From contig JAEYRV010000027.1 in NCBI GenBank assembly GCA_023435305.1, positions 59,114-123,113 on the forward strand: a stretch of DNA of 64,000 nt. Direction: 5' to 3'. Made by a program: the position numbers and the translations under genes. The notes beneath the pieces are model-generated. The model was not told where the DNA came from. It worked only from the letters and a program-made list of their open reading frames with translations, and made no database searches. Each line of letters starts with the position of its first letter. Position 1 is the stretch's first letter. The stretch comes from Bacillota bacterium. Its GTDB lineage: Bacteria > Bacillota > Clostridia > Acetivibrionales > DTU013. Positions 8,341 through 17,404 of this stretch are shown here, piece after piece.

Positions 8341-9615
8341 GTGTTAATTGAGAAGAGGAACAGACTCAGGGGAGAAATAACCGTACCCGGCGACAAATCG
8401 ATTTCCCACAGGGCGATAGTCATCGGAGCTCTTGCAAGCGGGACTACCGAGGTGGACAATTTTCTGCTTGGAGAAGACTGCATAAGCACTATCGATTGTT
8501 TCAGAAAGATGCAGGTCGGAATCGAAATATTGCAGGATAACAGGGTCAGGGTAAACGGCAAGGGTCTTTATGGCCTTAAGGCTCCCGCTGCAGTGCTCAA
8601 TGCAGGACGCTCAGGCACCGCGCTCCGGCTGCTGCTTGGAGTCCTTTGCGGCCAGCCGTTCACATCCGGTATCATCAGAAACGAATCCTCGATGAAAAAG
8701 CCGGTGGGTAAGGTCGTAAATTATCTCAGGCAGATGGGAGCCGGCATCTCAGGCAAGGAAGACGGCAATCTCTGTCCTCTGACCATTTCCCCATCCAGGC
8801 TCAGGGGAATAGAATGCGAACTGCCGGTACACGAGACACATATAAAGTCTCCGCTGCTGCTGGCAGGCCTGTACTCCGACAGCGAAACCATCGTCCATGA
8901 ACCTGTAATGTCAAGAAATCATACCGAACTGATGCTTAATTATTTCGGAGCCGATATAAGATCAGAAGGTCTTACAGTCAGATCACATTCTGTTGAAAAC
9001 CTATATGCACAGAAGGTATCGATTCCCGGCGATATATCCATGGCATCGTATTTTATTACAGCAGCGCTGCTGGTCCCCAATTCAGACATCGTTATAAAGA
9101 ACGTAGGCGTCAACGCTACAAGGACCGGCATATTGAATGTGTATAAAGATATGGGAGCCGCCATCGAGCTGTTGAATGAAAAAACCGTCAGCGGCGAAAA
9201 CGTTGCCGATATACATGTAATGACTTCGGGCCTGAAGGGCGTGAAAATCGACGGCCAGCATGTTCCGAGCCTCATTGACGAGCTGCCGGTCATTATTGTC
9301 GCAGCCAGTCTTGCTGAGGGCACGACCGAGATAAACGGCCTCTCCGGCTTCAAGGTCAAGGAGTCAGGCAAGCTGAAGGCAATTTCCATGGAGCTTGCAA
9401 AAATGGGCGCGAAAATTACAGAGAACGAAGACGGGCTGGTCATCGAGGGCCGGAAATCCCTCAGAGGTACAGTCGTAGACAGCAATAACAACCACTCCCA
9501 TGCCATGGCCCTGTCTATAGCCGGGCTGGTCGCAGAGGAAGAGACTACGATAAGGAAAACACAATCTGTCGATATCGTGTACCCCAAATTCTATGAAACG
9601 CTTAACAAGCTTTGA
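8341..9615 (+). CDS. aroA: 3-phosphoshikimate 1-carboxyvinyltransferase (EPSP synthase)
   Basis: PGDKSISHRA, LNAGRSGTALRLL and the C-terminal DHSHAMAL-type blocks support the call. It has a GTG start with GGGGGGA 5 nt upstream. Confidence 0.9.
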   Translation: MLIEKRNRLRGEITVPGDKSISHRAIVIGALASGTTEVDNFLLGEDCISTIDCFRKMQVGIEILQDNRVRVNGKGLYGLKAPAAVLNAGRSGTALRLLLGVLCGQPFTSGIIRNESSMKKPVGKVVNYLRQMGAGISGKEDGNLCPLTISPSRLRGIECELPVHETHIKSPLLLAGLYSDSETIVHEPVMSRNHTELMLNYFGADIRSEGLTVRSHSVENLYAQKVSIPGDISMASYFITAALLVPNSDIVIKNVGVNATRTGILNVYKDMGAAIELLNEKTVSGENVADIHVMTSGLKGVKIDGQHVPSLIDELPVIIVAASLAEGTTEINGLSGFKVKESGKLKAISMELAKMGAKITENEDGLVIEGRKSLRGTVVDSNNNHSHAMALSIAGLVAEEETTIRKTQSVDIVYPKFYETLNKL

Positions 9616-9630
9616 TCAGCATATACACAA

Positions 9631-9673
9631 AAGCGTCCGGATACTTACTGGTATCCGGACGCTTATTTTTTTT
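9631..9673. terminator. bidirectional intrinsic terminator between aroA and rex
   Basis: AGCGTCCGGATAC-ttactg-GTATCCGGACGCT has an A-run on the 5' side and a run of about 9 T on the 3' side. Confidence 0.85.
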
Positions 9674-9675
9674 CG

Positions 9676-10311
9676 CTATTCAAACTTTTCCTTTATTTTA
9701 TAGCCAAGAACCATCAGACTGTCGCTGAGGTGCACATTCTCAATGACCATTTCATACGGGAGCTTCAGATCCATCGGAGAAAAGTTCCAGATCCCCTTTA
9801 TGCCAAGACGCGCTACCCTTTCGGCCGTCTCACGCGTATGCTCTGCCGGCACCGTGAGCATTGCAATATCGACCTTGTTTCCGCCCACAAAATCTTCAAG
9901 GGTCTTCATATCCAATATTTCAAGTCCGTTTATTTTTTTCCCGATGAGCTTGGGATCGACATCGAACAGCCCTATTGTCTTAAAGCCTCTCTTTTCAAAG
10001 TTGCCATAGTGAGCCAGCGCCTGTCCCATGTTGCCCGCCCCTAGTATAATAGTCTGGAACTTGTTGTTGACACCCAATATATTGGCTATTTCATTGTAAA
10101 GCAATTCCACATTGTATCCGTAGCCCTGCTGTCCAAAGCCTCCAAAGCAATTAAGATCCTGTCTTATCTGTGATGCTGTTATCCCCATTCTGCCGCTGAG
10201 TTCCTTGGATGATATCCTGGTTATATCCATCATGAGCAGGTCGGACAAATATCTGTAATATCTGGGGAGCCTTTTGATAACCGCAATAGAGACATTCTTT
10301 TTTGAAGCCAT
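9676..10311 (-). CDS. rex: redox-sensing transcriptional repressor Rex
   Basis: The N-terminal IKRLPRYYRYL winged helix and the GAGNMGQAL Rossmann motif support the call. The track ORF is extended to 10407. ATG 10311 is preceded by GGAGGAGG and gives the usual ~211 aa. Confidence 0.9.
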   Translation of the reverse strand: MASKKNVSIAVIKRLPRYYRYLSDLLMMDITRISSKELSGRMGITASQIRQDLNCFGGFGQQGYGYNVELLYNEIANILGVNNKFQTIILGAGNMGQALAHYGNFEKRGFKTIGLFDVDPKLIGKKINGLEILDMKTLEDFVGGNKVDIAMLTVPAEHTRETAERVARLGIKGIWNFSPMDLKLPYEMVIENVHLSDSLMVLGYKIKEKFE

Positions 10312-10362
10312 GTACTGCCTCCTCCAAAATTTGATAACGTTTTGGGCACTTGCTCCAATGAA

Positions 10363-10391
10363 ATTATACAACTTTGATATTTTTTTGTCAA
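10363..10391 (-). promoter_or_regulatory. consensus sigma-A promoter of rex
   Basis: The minus strand reads TTGACA (10391-10386), a 17-nt spacer, then TATAAT (10368-10363). Confidence 0.7.
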
Positions 10392-10467
10392 TATTGCCCC
10401 AAACCACATATTCTGCTAGAATTAAGTCTCGTAGAAACCAAACAGCATTTACGGAACGGGACGGGAA

Positions 10468-12381
10468 ATGATAATTCTATCATGCAATGAAATAAGTCTG
10501 TCCTTTGGAACAGATGTTATACTAAATAAGGCAAGCTTCAAGCTGCAGCAGGGGGAGAAAGCAGGTCTGGTCGGCGTCAACGGAGCCGGTAAGTCGACTC
10601 TTTTCCGGATAATAACAGGACAGCTTCAACAGGACAGCGGAGATGTCTTCATGTCCAGAGGGCTTCGTGTAGGTTTCCTTGACCAGTACTCCGGTTTGGA
10701 GTCGGATAATACCATATGGTCTGAAATGCTCACAACATACAAAACACTAATATCTGCTGAAAACCGTCTGAAGCAGCTGGAGCAGGATATAAGCAGTGAA
10801 AGCAGCCAGGAGCGTCTCCAATCGATGATGAAGGAGTACGATACGCTGCTGGAGCGTTTTTCCCGTGAAGGGGGCTACGAGTATAACAGCCGCATACGGG
10901 GCATTTTGCGCGGTCTCGGTTTTGAGGATTCACAGTTTGAGCTGACGGTGAAAACACTGAGCGGAGGACAAAAAACGCGCCTTGCTCTTGCCAGGCTGCT
11001 GCTGGAGGAACCGGATCTGCTGCTTCTGGACGAGCCCACCAACCACCTTGATATCAGTGCGATAGAGTGGCTCGAGGACTTTCTGAAGAATTACAGGAAG
11101 TCTGTTCTCGTCATATCGCATGACAGATACTTTTTAGATACAGTAACAACTAAAACAATCGAAATCGAAAACAATGAATGCACGGAGTACGGCGGCAGCT
11201 ATACGGAGTACGCCAAAAAGAAATCAGAGGCAAGGGAAATATTGCAGAAGCACTACGAGCTGCAGCAAAAGGAAATCGCACGGATGGAGGCTTTCATCGA
11301 GCAGCAGCGCAGGTGGAACAGGGAGAAAAATATAGTTGCGGCAGAGAGCAGGCAAAAGGCAATTGACAGGATAGAGAAGCTCGATGCACCCAAAAAACTG
11401 CCCGGCAGTATTAAACTAAGGTTTACCAGCAGTATCACAAGCGGAAATGATGTACTCTTTGTCGAAGAGTTGTCCAAAAGCTTTCCGGGGAAGGAACTGT
11501 TCAAGGATATCAGTTTTGATGTAAAGCGAAATGAAAAGGTATTTCTGCTTGGCCCCAACGGCTGCGGAAAATCGACACTGCTCAAGATCCTGTCGGGTAA
11601 ACTCCCCCAGACCTATGGCAATTTTGAGTACGGGCATAAAATAGTGCTGGGTTATTACGATCAGGAGCTCGAAGGACTCGATGAGAGCAATACGGTCCTG
11701 GAGGAAGTGTGGAATGATAATGAAAACCTCAACCATACACAGATCCGCAATGCCCTGGCCCAATTCCTGTTCATGGGGGAAGACGTATACAAGCCAATAA
11801 GCGTGCTCAGCGGCGGCGAGAAAAGCCGGGTCGCCCTGGTCAAGCTGATGCTCTCCGGATCCAATCTGCTGCTTCTTGACGAGCCCACCAACCATCTGGA
11901 CATAAACTCAAGAGAAGCCCTTGAGGAAGCTCTGCTTCTGTTTGACGGGACGCTTCTGGCAGTTTCCCATGACCGTTACTTCATTCGCAAGCTTGCCTCC
12001 AGAGTCATCGAGATGGCCGACAACGGCATCGAAGACTATAGAGGCGGCTACCAGTATTACCTGGATCACCGCCGTGTCTCCACTATAACTGAATCCGATG
12101 AAAAAAACAGGTCTGTTTCCGTTTCCAAGCAGGAACACCTGGAAACCAAGGAAGAAAGGGCACGGAGACGGAAGCTTGAAAAGCAGCTGACCTCTTGTGA
12201 GGCTGAGATAAGCAAAACAGAGACCAGGCTGGCCGCCATTTCGGACGAGATGTCGAGAGATGACGCTCTCAGTGACCATGTATTGCTTTCTGCGCTCCAT
12301 AATGAACAGCTCTCACTGGAGACCCGCCTGGAGCAGCTTTATAGTGAGTGGACCGAACTGTCGGAGCAGTCAACTAGTTAA
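10468..12381 (+). CDS. ABC-F family ATPase (ribosome-associated, no TM domain)
   Basis: Two ABC cassettes are present (GVNGAGKST/LSGGQKTR and GPNGCGKST/LSGGEKSR). They are joined by a charged ~80-aa linker and followed by a C-terminal coiled-coil tail. Confidence 0.85.
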   Translation: MIILSCNEISLSFGTDVILNKASFKLQQGEKAGLVGVNGAGKSTLFRIITGQLQQDSGDVFMSRGLRVGFLDQYSGLESDNTIWSEMLTTYKTLISAENRLKQLEQDISSESSQERLQSMMKEYDTLLERFSREGGYEYNSRIRGILRGLGFEDSQFELTVKTLSGGQKTRLALARLLLEEPDLLLLDEPTNHLDISAIEWLEDFLKNYRKSVLVISHDRYFLDTVTTKTIEIENNECTEYGGSYTEYAKKKSEAREILQKHYELQQKEIARMEAFIEQQRRWNREKNIVAAESRQKAIDRIEKLDAPKKLPGSIKLRFTSSITSGNDVLFVEELSKSFPGKELFKDISFDVKRNEKVFLLGPNGCGKSTLLKILSGKLPQTYGNFEYGHKIVLGYYDQELEGLDESNTVLEEVWNDNENLNHTQIRNALAQFLFMGEDVYKPISVLSGGEKSRVALVKLMLSGSNLLLLDEPTNHLDINSREALEEALLLFDGTLLAVSHDRYFIRKLASRVIEMADNGIEDYRGGYQYYLDHRRVSTITESDEKNRSVSVSKQEHLETKEERARRRKLEKQLTSCEAEISKTETRLAAISDEMSRDDALSDHVLLSALHNEQLSLETRLEQLYSEWTELSEQSTS

Positions 12382-13084
12382 AGTAGCTGTCTATACCCTT
12401 CTTGACAGCCTCTGCGATTTTTGCCTGATATTCTTCCGTCCCAAGCTTTTGCTCTTCTGCCGCGTTGGATAAAAAGCCGCATTCTACTATGGTCGTAGGT
12501 GTCTTGAGATTCTTGATGATAACTATAGGCTGCTTTAGTTCAGGTTCACGTTTGTTGCTCTTATCAACATTTTCCCGTAATGATTTCTGGATACATTCAG
12601 CAAGCTTTTTACTTTCAGGAGAGTCTGACGGATAAAATGTCTGTGCTCCATAATACTGAGCCTGCGTAAAGCTGTTGGTATGGATGCTGACAACTATCTG
12701 CGCACCGCTGTTGTCCATGATCTCCTTGCGCCTGGTCAGATCCTGCAGCCTCTTGTAATAAATATCCGTCGTGCCGTCGCTGTACACAAGCTTATCTTCT
12801 TCACGCGTCATGATCACGTTGTACTGGTCCTTCTCCAAAAGCTCTCTGACCTTGAAGGCAATGCTCAGATTCAGATCCTTTTCCTTCAGGCCGCTATAGC
12901 TGCTGATCTTTCCCGGATCCTCCCCTCCATGGCCCGCATCTATTACGACGGTCTTCTGCCCGGATGTTTTGGCGGCTGTGGCGGCCCTTGTATCCACATT
13001 CATATTAAGGCTGTAGATGGCTACAAGCAAAGCGAAAATAAGCCCTATCAGGATCAGATTGGATTTTCTCATCACAATAATCAT
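12374..13084 (-). CDS. cwlD: N-acetylmuramoyl-L-alanine amidase, CwlD-like (Amidase_3)
   Basis: A signal anchor plus VVIDAGHGGEDPG, SIHTNS and ECGFLSN blocks are typical of CwlD/Amidase_3. ATG 13084 has GGGAGACGGG upstream, and the track start at 13141 looks like an extension. The symbol is tentative. Confidence 0.75.
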   Translation of the reverse strand: MIIVMRKSNLILIGLIFALLVAIYSLNMNVDTRAATAAKTSGQKTVVIDAGHGGEDPGKISSYSGLKEKDLNLSIAFKVRELLEKDQYNVIMTREEDKLVYSDGTTDIYYKRLQDLTRRKEIMDNSGAQIVVSIHTNSFTQAQYYGAQTFYPSDSPESKKLAECIQKSLRENVDKSNKREPELKQPIVIIKNLKTPTTIVECGFLSNAAEEQKLGTEEYQAKIAEAVKKGIDSYFN

Positions 13085-13159
13085 ATAACCCGTCTCCCTA
13101 TTCAAATTCAATATAAGAATATTCGGGGACGGGTTGGACATATTACTAAGACTTGTTGT

Positions 13160-14011
13160 TTATCTTTTACGGACTTGTTTCAGATCATCTATCCTGCCGC
13201 CAAGAAGCCTGACAGAGGATACGATATCGTAGAATGCTTCTCTGCTGATGTTCTCCCCGCTCTTTTGCAGATAGCCCCTCAATGCGGGTATCGCCCTGCC
13301 GTCGCCGTATTTGGCCAGGCAGGCCGCTGTGACGACCTTATCCTCCAGCATATTGAATGCATTTTTCAGCGCTGAGTATATTTCATCCGTGGGGTGATCC
13401 CTTCCGATCTCAGCCAGAGACATGGCAAGATACTCACAGGTTTCTTCAGATCGATTTCCCGAACTCATTTCCTGTACGATTGAACTGACGGCGGCCTGCC
13501 CTATATCGGCCAGAGCATCTCTTGCAGTCTCCTTCATAAGCTCGGTTCCTGCCTCGCTGCTTTCAATAATGGTTATCAGAGGCAAAACAGCCTTCAGTAC
13601 TTTATATCTGCCAAGCAGCCTGGCTGCCATGACAGACCGGACGAGGCATTCTTCGCCGGCTGCGGTCTCTAATAAGAAACCTATGGCTTCATTTCCATAG
13701 CTCATCAGTTTTTCAACAAATATCTCGGGCAGCTCATCATCACAAATCTCTGTTCCAAAACAAAACATTTCCTTGATTTCATCAAATCCGGCTTCGTTCA
13801 AATATTCGGACGGGGTTTTACCGATTTCCGGAAGCTGCTCTGACAACCATCTCTCATATTCGTTATCCAGACTGGCCTGTATAAAACCTTCGCTGCCTGT
13901 GTCCGCAAAACCGTCGGAGGTGCGCCCTTCGGTGGCCTCGATGCACGCATCATAAGCCGCCTGCATCGACAGATTGTAGCTGCTGAAAAAAATCTCGGAA
14001 TATTTGTTCAA
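13160..14011 (-). CDS. hypothetical HEAT/PBS-lyase-repeat-like protein
   Basis: It is alpha-helical with a repeat signature (KYGDGRAIPALRGYL). The track ORF (to 14113) overlaps the upstream gene by 100 nt. An in-frame TTG at 14011 lies 1 nt after the upstream TGA, with GGAGG 8 nt upstream. ATG 13966 is the alternative. Confidence 0.55.
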   Translation of the reverse strand: MNKYSEIFFSSYNLSMQAAYDACIEATEGRTSDGFADTGSEGFIQASLDNEYERWLSEQLPEIGKTPSEYLNEAGFDEIKEMFCFGTEICDDELPEIFVEKLMSYGNEAIGFLLETAAGEECLVRSVMAARLLGRYKVLKAVLPLITIIESSEAGTELMKETARDALADIGQAAVSSIVQEMSSGNRSEETCEYLAMSLAEIGRDHPTDEIYSALKNAFNMLEDKVVTAACLAKYGDGRAIPALRGYLQKSGENISREAFYDIVSSVRLLGGRIDDLKQVRKR

Positions 14012-14012
14012 A

Positions 14013-14624
14013 TCACTTGCCTCCGGATGCTTTCTTTTTCTTCTTCTTTGTGGTTTTGTTTTCATTGGCTGTAGGATTCCAGGGGCTCTTTTTGAAGGCC
14101 TTCTCCTGGACATCTTCCTTTTTTTTGAGCTTTTTAATGATATCGATGCCGAAGTATCCCATCAGATACCCTGCGGCAGCAACAACAGGAATGGTCAGTA
14201 TGGCTGCGATATAACCGACGATGGATTCATTCAGCCATCTGATTATAAAGTACTCCGGGCCAAGAAGGCTGTTTATCGCAAGATGCTTTATCCTCTCGGC
14301 ATAGCTGGCTTCAAAGCGCAGCAATGAAAGGACCGATACTACAAGCGCCACAGGAAGAATGCCCATCGAACCGATGACCAGGCCCTTCCAGGGCTTGGGT
14401 TCCAGCTCGTACTGCGGCTTTTTCTCTTTGATGGCCAATTCCTTCATGTCCGAATAAGTAAGCAGTGCGATGAATGCAAACGCAACAAAGCAGTAAAGGG
14501 GAAGCCAGTTATTGAATTTGTCGCCTGTTACGGACATGAACGGATATATGAATATAAAAAAAACAACAAGTGTCATGGTATAGTTGAATAGGACTCTGGC
14601 CCCGCTCTTAATATATTCTTTCAT
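14013..14624 (-). CDS. hypothetical ~4-TM membrane protein with poly-lysine tail
   Basis: Four hydrophobic helices are visible and the C-terminus reads KTTKKKKKKASGGK. An AGGAGAG RBS sits in the 12-nt gap after the REC-GGDDF gene. Confidence 0.6.
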   Translation of the reverse strand: MKEYIKSGARVLFNYTMTLVVFFIFIYPFMSVTGDKFNNWLPLYCFVAFAFIALLTYSDMKELAIKEKKPQYELEPKPWKGLVIGSMGILPVALVVSVLSLLRFEASYAERIKHLAINSLLGPEYFIIRWLNESIVGYIAAILTIPVVAAAGYLMGYFGIDIIKKLKKKEDVQEKAFKKSPWNPTANENKTTKKKKKKASGGK

Positions 14625-14636
14625 CTATGATCTCTC

Positions 14637-15575
14637 CTATTGCTTCTGTCTTCGCATATCCTTGAGATATACGCTCCCTGTCACGAATTTAGCCTTCTTT
14701 TTCAGCTCCGCAGCGATCTCTCCGACCTGCAGATGATTGCAAAGAACTCTGTTTTCATTTGACACGACTGCAATAGATATCGTCATAATGGGGTATCTGG
14801 TTATATAGCCTCTTCTGTTTGTCGTGCTGATGAATCCTGATTGCTTGTCCGCGTCGGAATAAAGTTCCGGAACTCTTTCATCAAAATCCTTTATTATGTT
14901 CTCACAAAGTATATCTGCACATTCGGGTGATGTGACCACAACGAAGTCATCTCCGCCGATATGACCTGTAAAGTCGCTTTTGGAGCCGAAGGTCCTCACA
15001 TTGTCCATCAGTATGTCGGCAATGAGCTTTATCGCGGAGTCTCCGCGGGAAAAGCCGTAAGCGTCATTATATGCTTTAAAATTGTCGACATCCAGATATA
15101 AAACGGAAAATATCATTTCCTTAGCGATCCTGTAATTTATCTCTGTCTGTATCTCGATATTTCCGGGCAGCCCCGTCAGAGGATTAGCCAACCTGTTCCT
15201 GTCTATCCGCAGCAGCGTGTTTTTTACCCTGCTTATCAGCTCACGCGGGTTAAAGGGTTTTGTTATATAGTCATCAGCACCCAGTTCGAGTCCGGCAAGC
15301 TTGTCTTCCTCATTGCCCTGGGCCGTGAGCATAATGATGGGCATAAGATTGTTGCTTTCATCTTTTCTGAGCAGCTTACAGACTTCAAATCCATCAATGC
15401 CGGGCATCACTACATCAAGAAGCACAAGGTCCGGTTTTTCCGACATGACCATCTTTATGCCGTCAACACCGTTGCTTGCTGATACGACTTCGTACCCCTT
15501 CTCCTTAAGTATATCTGTAGTCAGCTTCACCATCAGTTCCGTATCGTCGATTATGAGAATCTTCTTTTTAAACAT
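14637..15575 (-). CDS. response regulator with GGDEF-type output domain (motif GGDDF)
   Basis: The REC domain reads KILIIDD...LLDVVMPGIDG...LTA. The GGDEF-like domain reads LTGLPGN...YLDVDNFKAYND...HIGGDDFVVV. ATG 15575 has GGGGAG upstream, and the track start at 15608 is an extension. Confidence 0.85.
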   Translation of the reverse strand: MFKKKILIIDDTELMVKLTTDILKEKGYEVVSASNGVDGIKMVMSEKPDLVLLDVVMPGIDGFEVCKLLRKDESNNLMPIIMLTAQGNEEDKLAGLELGADDYITKPFNPRELISRVKNTLLRIDRNRLANPLTGLPGNIEIQTEINYRIAKEMIFSVLYLDVDNFKAYNDAYGFSRGDSAIKLIADILMDNVRTFGSKSDFTGHIGGDDFVVVTSPECADILCENIIKDFDERVPELYSDADKQSGFISTTNRRGYITRYPIMTISIAVVSNENRVLCNHLQVGEIAAELKKKAKFVTGSVYLKDMRRQKQ

Positions 15576-15808
15576 ATGCGCTCCCCAAAACAGTTTTGCC
15601 GCTGACAATATCTATCTACATAAAATTATATAATATTTTTATGTATTTGAACAGGTGCTTTAGTCTGCTTTCCCCCCTTATTATAATATCATGTTTAGCT
15701 GATAATACAATAGAAACACTAATTTATAGCAATATCACAGCCTCAGATCAGCTCGGATACATTGTTACGAATTTTTCACCCGAACCAAATAATATTCACA
15801 TGCATCCC

Positions 15809-15837
15809 TTATCATAATCCTTTATCTGAGGTATAAT
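15809..15837 (+). promoter_or_regulatory. candidate sigma-A promoter for the small Cys-knuckle gene
   Basis: TTATCA, a 17-nt spacer, then TATAAT (15832-15837). Confidence 0.45.
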
Positions 15838-15897
15838 ACTATACAGCTTCAAACAGCAATATAAATAGTAAAAATACATACCCAAGGAGTGATATGA

Positions 15898-16140
15898 TTG
15901 GCCGAATTTTGTGAATGCGGCTCTCTGAAGATCAACGGACGTTGTTCTAATAAGAGCTGCAAGCTTGGCGGCAATACAAGCGCCGCTTCCGCCAGGAAGA
16001 CAGCCGCCGGACCGGGTGCATCCGGTAAAGCTAAAGTCCCGAAGACATCTGCCCCCAAAAAGGCCGACCCAAGAAGGGCCTCAAAGGTAGTAACCTATAA
16101 TCTTTATGATATCAAAAAGGACAGCGAGCCTGAAAGCTAA
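15898..16140 (+). CDS. hypothetical small protein, N-terminal CxC-x10-C-x5-C knuckle and basic disordered tail
   Basis: It has a TTG start with AAGGAG 9 nt upstream. The sequence is MAEFCECGSLKINGRCSNKSCK followed by a K/A/P/G-rich segment. Confidence 0.5.
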   Translation: MAEFCECGSLKINGRCSNKSCKLGGNTSAASARKTAAGPGASGKAKVPKTSAPKKADPRRASKVVTYNLYDIKKDSEPES

Positions 16141-16487
16141 GCATTTTCAGGCCCGCTTCCCTCACTGGGCCATGGGCCGTCATACGGCTGCACACGGTAC
16201 CCGATGATGCACAGCCTCTGCCCTATCCTCAAAAAATCCGGATCGATTCCCGGATTTGCTTCTAAAATGCTTTCCACACTCGTATTATATTCCCGGGCTA
16301 TACCGGTCAGCGTATCACCCGGCTGGATATATCTTTCCTCATGATCCGGATCTATAGTGCCCCATGGTGTTATATAAGGATTATTGCTGAAGGGTATGCT
16401 GAAAAAACAAGCCATCGGACAGAACCACTCCCTTGATATACTTCTTATGTATACTATGAAGCAGTAATCCTCTTGTTGCAGGTACAA
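16137..16487 (-). CDS. LysM domain-containing small protein
   Basis: The LysM core reads IQPGDTLTGIAREYNTSVESILEANPGIDPDFLRIGQRLCI. The start is uncertain, with an internal ATG at 16415 possible. Confidence 0.7.
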   Translation of the reverse strand: MYLQQEDYCFIVYIRSISREWFCPMACFFSIPFSNNPYITPWGTIDPDHEERYIQPGDTLTGIAREYNTSVESILEANPGIDPDFLRIGQRLCIIGYRVQPYDGPWPSEGSGPENA

Positions 16488-16601
16488 TGGGCACCGTCAG
16501 AACAGATATAGCCGAACCAAAATATGTGCACATCTGTGATAATCATGATACAATATTAGTATTATCCTGGATTATTATTCCTCCGGCTGAAAGGATACAT
16601 A

Positions 16602-17375
16602 ATGCTGCCATCTTACAGTGAATTAGTGAATATGGACATGCTCAGGTACTATGTGCTCGGTATATGTACTATTACGGCAATTGCCTGCGCCATTATATAC
16701 CTTTGGTGGGCTTTATCCGGAGAAAGACACACCACACGCGATATTATCGAGAATGCCAATGAAACCACCGTCATTTATGACAAGCATGATAATCTCTGTT
16801 ACATAAATACGACCTTTGACCGCAGAAATATAATGAAATTCCTGAATGGGATAGATGAGAAAATAAACAGATCGGGTCAGATCCCTGCAGATTTGAAAAA
16901 AAGATGTCTTGAGGAAGACGCCGTGACACTCTATGAAGGTGAAATAAAGCCTTTCGCCGAAGACGATTCCATATTTTCCTGGAAAATGTGCCCGGTTATC
17001 AGGAAGCATAAGTATGCGGGGCGAATTTATGTTTTCAATGAAATAACGGAATACAAAAACCTGCTGGAGCTGCTCGATCAAAAAAACAGGCAGCTGAAGG
17101 ACACCCTTGAAATGCAGCGCAGTTATGCAAAGGTCGCAGGGAAGCTGATAGTTGAAGAAGAACGTGAAAGGATCATGGAGCTTTTGTATAAAGTCGCGGG
17201 AGAATACCTTCAACAGCTGCAGGACAGCATCAGCAGGATGAAAAATTACTCAGCCGAGAGCGCTCCTGAGGACAGGATAGAGTTTGAAGCTGAAAACGAC
17301 AGAATGATAGGGATAACAAGAGAGACAATCGCCGGGATAAGGAAAACCGTAAAGGTCCTCCATGTCTCAGATTGA
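16602..17375 (+). CDS. membrane-anchored PAS-like/DHp-only protein (histidine-kinase stub lacking the phospho-His and the ATPase domain)
   Basis: It has one TM helix, a PAS-like segment and a coiled coil. A HisKA_3-like helix pair follows, EEERERIMELLYKVAGEYL, where Tyr occupies the position of the conserved His (EIHDVMGHSL in the neighbouring kinase). The protein ends about 40 aa later with no HATPase_c domain. Confidence 0.6.
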   Translation: MLPSYSELVNMDMLRYYVLGICTITAIACAIIYLWWALSGERHTTRDIIENANETTVIYDKHDNLCYINTTFDRRNIMKFLNGIDEKINRSGQIPADLKKRCLEEDAVTLYEGEIKPFAEDDSIFSWKMCPVIRKHKYAGRIYVFNEITEYKNLLELLDQKNRQLKDTLEMQRSYAKVAGKLIVEEERERIMELLYKVAGEYLQQLQDSISRMKNYSAESAPEDRIEFEAENDRMIGITRETIAGIRKTVKVLHVSD

Positions 17376-17404
17376 TACATAATATACCGGGAGTGATATT
17401 TTTT

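Noticed and set aside
9676-10407. N-terminally extended ORF-track starts. Affected genes are rex, mcsA, cwlD, the REC-GGDDF gene, the LuxR regulator, the M23 peptidase, the PucR regulator, argC, argB, carB, the HTH gene and ribU.
   Set aside because: In each case a downstream in-frame ATG, GTG or TTG has a GGAGG-type RBS at 5-9 nt and restores the family-typical N-terminus. The extensions lack RBSs or overlap upstream genes.
12680-13375. 231-aa plus-strand ORF. The same applies to other long antisense ORFs: 8940-9587, 17500-18150, 20044-20625, 21061-21660, 46588-47217, 50347-50985, 52362-52991 and 53649-54161.
   Set aside because: All lie fully inside well-supported genes on the opposite strand and lack RBSs. 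They translate to low-complexity or Cys/His/Arg-rich sequence typical of shadow frames.
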